From positions 1 to 26,786 of the forward strand of contig JAQCBM010000001.1 of NCBI GenBank assembly GCA_027729865.1: a DNA stretch of 26,786 nt. The letters are read 5' to 3'. The notes under the pieces were generated by a model. The model was not told the DNA's origin. It made no database searches and saw only the letters and a list, made by a program, of their open reading frames with translations. Origin of the DNA: Actinomycetota bacterium (lineage in GTDB: Bacteria > Actinomycetota > Actinomycetes > S36-B12). Shown in pieces: positions 25,546 to 26,786 of this stretch (positions are counted from its first letter, which is position 1; every line of letters starts with the position of its first letter). Position numbers and translations under genes: made by a program.

Positions 25546-25995
25546 ATGGCCGAGGACTGGGAGCAGCGCCTTCGCGAGCACGGCTTTCGCATCACTCCGC
25601 AACGTCAGTTGGTGCTCGAAGCGGTCGAGACCCTTCGTCACGGGACACCCGAGGAGATCCTCACCGAGGTTCAGCACACCGCATCAGGCGTGAACCTCTC
25701 AACGATTTATCGAACCCTCGAAGTGCTCGAAGCGGTCGGACTCGTCACGCACGCGCACATCGGTCACGGTGCGCCCACGTATCACGCGATCGATGAGCAC
25801 GTGCACATTCATTTGGTTTGCGACAGTTGCGGTGAGGTGCAGAGCGTGCCCGCTGCCGTTGCCGATGCATTCGCGGGAGATCTGCAGGAGACCTACGGCT
25901 TCCAGACTGATATCTCACATGTATCCATCCATGGTCGCTGCGCGTCGTGCGCAAACAAACCCGGTGCCGGGCGCGAACCGATCGAGGACGCGTGA
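25546..25995 (+). CDS. nur: Fur-family metalloregulator, Nur (nickel uptake regulator)-like
   Basis: RITPQRQLVLEAV, RHGTP, STIYRTL, THAHIGHGAPTYH, HVHIHLVCDSC, SHVSIHGRCASC. The His pattern and the position between a nitrobindin gene and ygfZ match Streptomyces Nur. SD TAAGGAA. Confidence 0.8.
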   Translation: MAEDWEQRLREHGFRITPQRQLVLEAVETLRHGTPEEILTEVQHTASGVNLSTIYRTLEVLEAVGLVTHAHIGHGAPTYHAIDEHVHIHLVCDSCGEVQSVPAAVADAFAGDLQETYGFQTDISHVSIHGRCASCANKPGAGREPIEDA

Positions 25996-26786
25996 GCGCC
26001 GCTGCTGTTCCCGCGCCCCAAGGCGACGTCGATGAAGGCGTGGCCTGGCATTACGGCGACCCGTTGCGTGAGCAGCGCGCACTCGCGGACGGTTCGGCTG
26101 CGGTGGATCTCTCGCACTTCGGTGTGGTTCGAGTTACCGGCCCTGATCGTCTGACCTGGTTGCACAGCCTCACCACGCAACATCTCGAAGGTCTGCTCCC
26201 AGGAGCTTCGAGTCTGGCGTTGATCTTGAGTCCGCATGGACATGTGGAACACGAACTCCATATCGTCGACGACGACTACTCCGCGTGGATCATCTGCGCA
26301 CCGGGAACGTCGGCGGATCTCGTCGCTTATCTGGAGTCGATGAAGTTCATGATGCGCGTGGAGATCGTGGACGAGAGCGCGCAATACGCCGTGGTTTGGG
26401 AGCCGGTGCACGCGATCGATCCGGCCTTCGCTACCTGGCTGGTGCCCGCCGACTTCGCCGGCACCGGCACGGTTGACGCAGGTTCGGACAAGGGCGGCGG
26501 TGCTGACAAGTACGTACCGCAGCGCCCGGATTCGTTCGATGGTCGTGAGGTGATCATTCCGCGCGAGCAACTTGCGGAGCGTCTCGCGTCATTCGATTCG
26601 CAGGCCGGGACGTGGGCATGGAACGCACTACGCGTAGCTGCAGCCGTTCCCCGCATGGGTTTCGAAACTGACCACCGAACGCTGCCGCACGAAGTCGGCT
26701 GGATCGGACCGGGCGTGCACCTGGCCAAGGGCTGCTACCGCGGTCAAGAAGCCGTGGCCCGCGTGCACAACCTCGGCCACCCGCCA
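25992..26786 (+). CDS. ygfZ: YgfZ/GcvT-like folate-binding Fe-S maturation protein, 3' truncated by the window end
   Basis: Open frame from GTG 25992 (GTGA overlap with the nur stop) to the window end: WHYGDPLREQR, DLSH, TGPDRLTWLHSLTTQ, LSPHG, and signature HLAKGCYRGQEAVARV. Missing from the ORF track because no stop lies in the window. Confidence 0.92.
   Translation, partial: MSAAAVPAPQGDVDEGVAWHYGDPLREQRALADGSAAVDLSHFGVVRVTGPDRLTWLHSLTTQHLEGLLPGASSLALILSPHGHVEHELHIVDDDYSAWIICAPGTSADLVAYLESMKFMMRVEIVDESAQYAVVWEPVHAIDPAFATWLVPADFAGTGTVDAGSDKGGGADKYVPQRPDSFDGREVIIPREQLAERLASFDSQAGTWAWNALRVAAAVPRMGFETDHRTLPHEVGWIGPGVHLAKGCYRGQEAVARVHNLGHPP

Noticed and set aside
25893-26570. 225-aa minus-strand ORF
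   Set aside because: Antisense to the clearly recognisable ygfZ frame and has no motifs.

Overview
High-GC actinobacterial chromosomal window with no mobile element, CRISPR, rRNA or tRNA evident. The left ~10 kb is an accessory sugar-phosphate catabolic locus: secreted HNH nuclease >, < GntR/UTRA regulator, mtnA-like isomerase > class II aldolase-SDR fusion >, < RuBisCO-like protein (form IV, Rhodospirillum rubrum MTRu-1P isomerase type) < split transketolase with atypical active-site residues, then xylB-like FGGY kinase > ROK repressor >. The two convergent catabolic operons share a near-identical palindromic operator, which suggests one regulon and one, possibly uncharacterised, pathway for 5-substituted ribose/ribulose-1-phosphates. 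This is the best candidate for a novel system. It is followed by a 6C small RNA, a 515-aa hypothetical protein, an EamA transporter, divergent glgA(glgM)/glgC, a 55-aa putative Zn-binding ORF and a secreted trypsin-like protease. The rest is a conserved actinobacterial block: mutT1, CYTH-CHAD, ppk1, mshD, glnR, alpha/beta hydrolase, thioredoxin-like protein, a 33-aa membrane peptide, nitrobindin, nur and ygfZ (truncated by the window end). All functional calls come from motif recognition by eye; no database searches were run.
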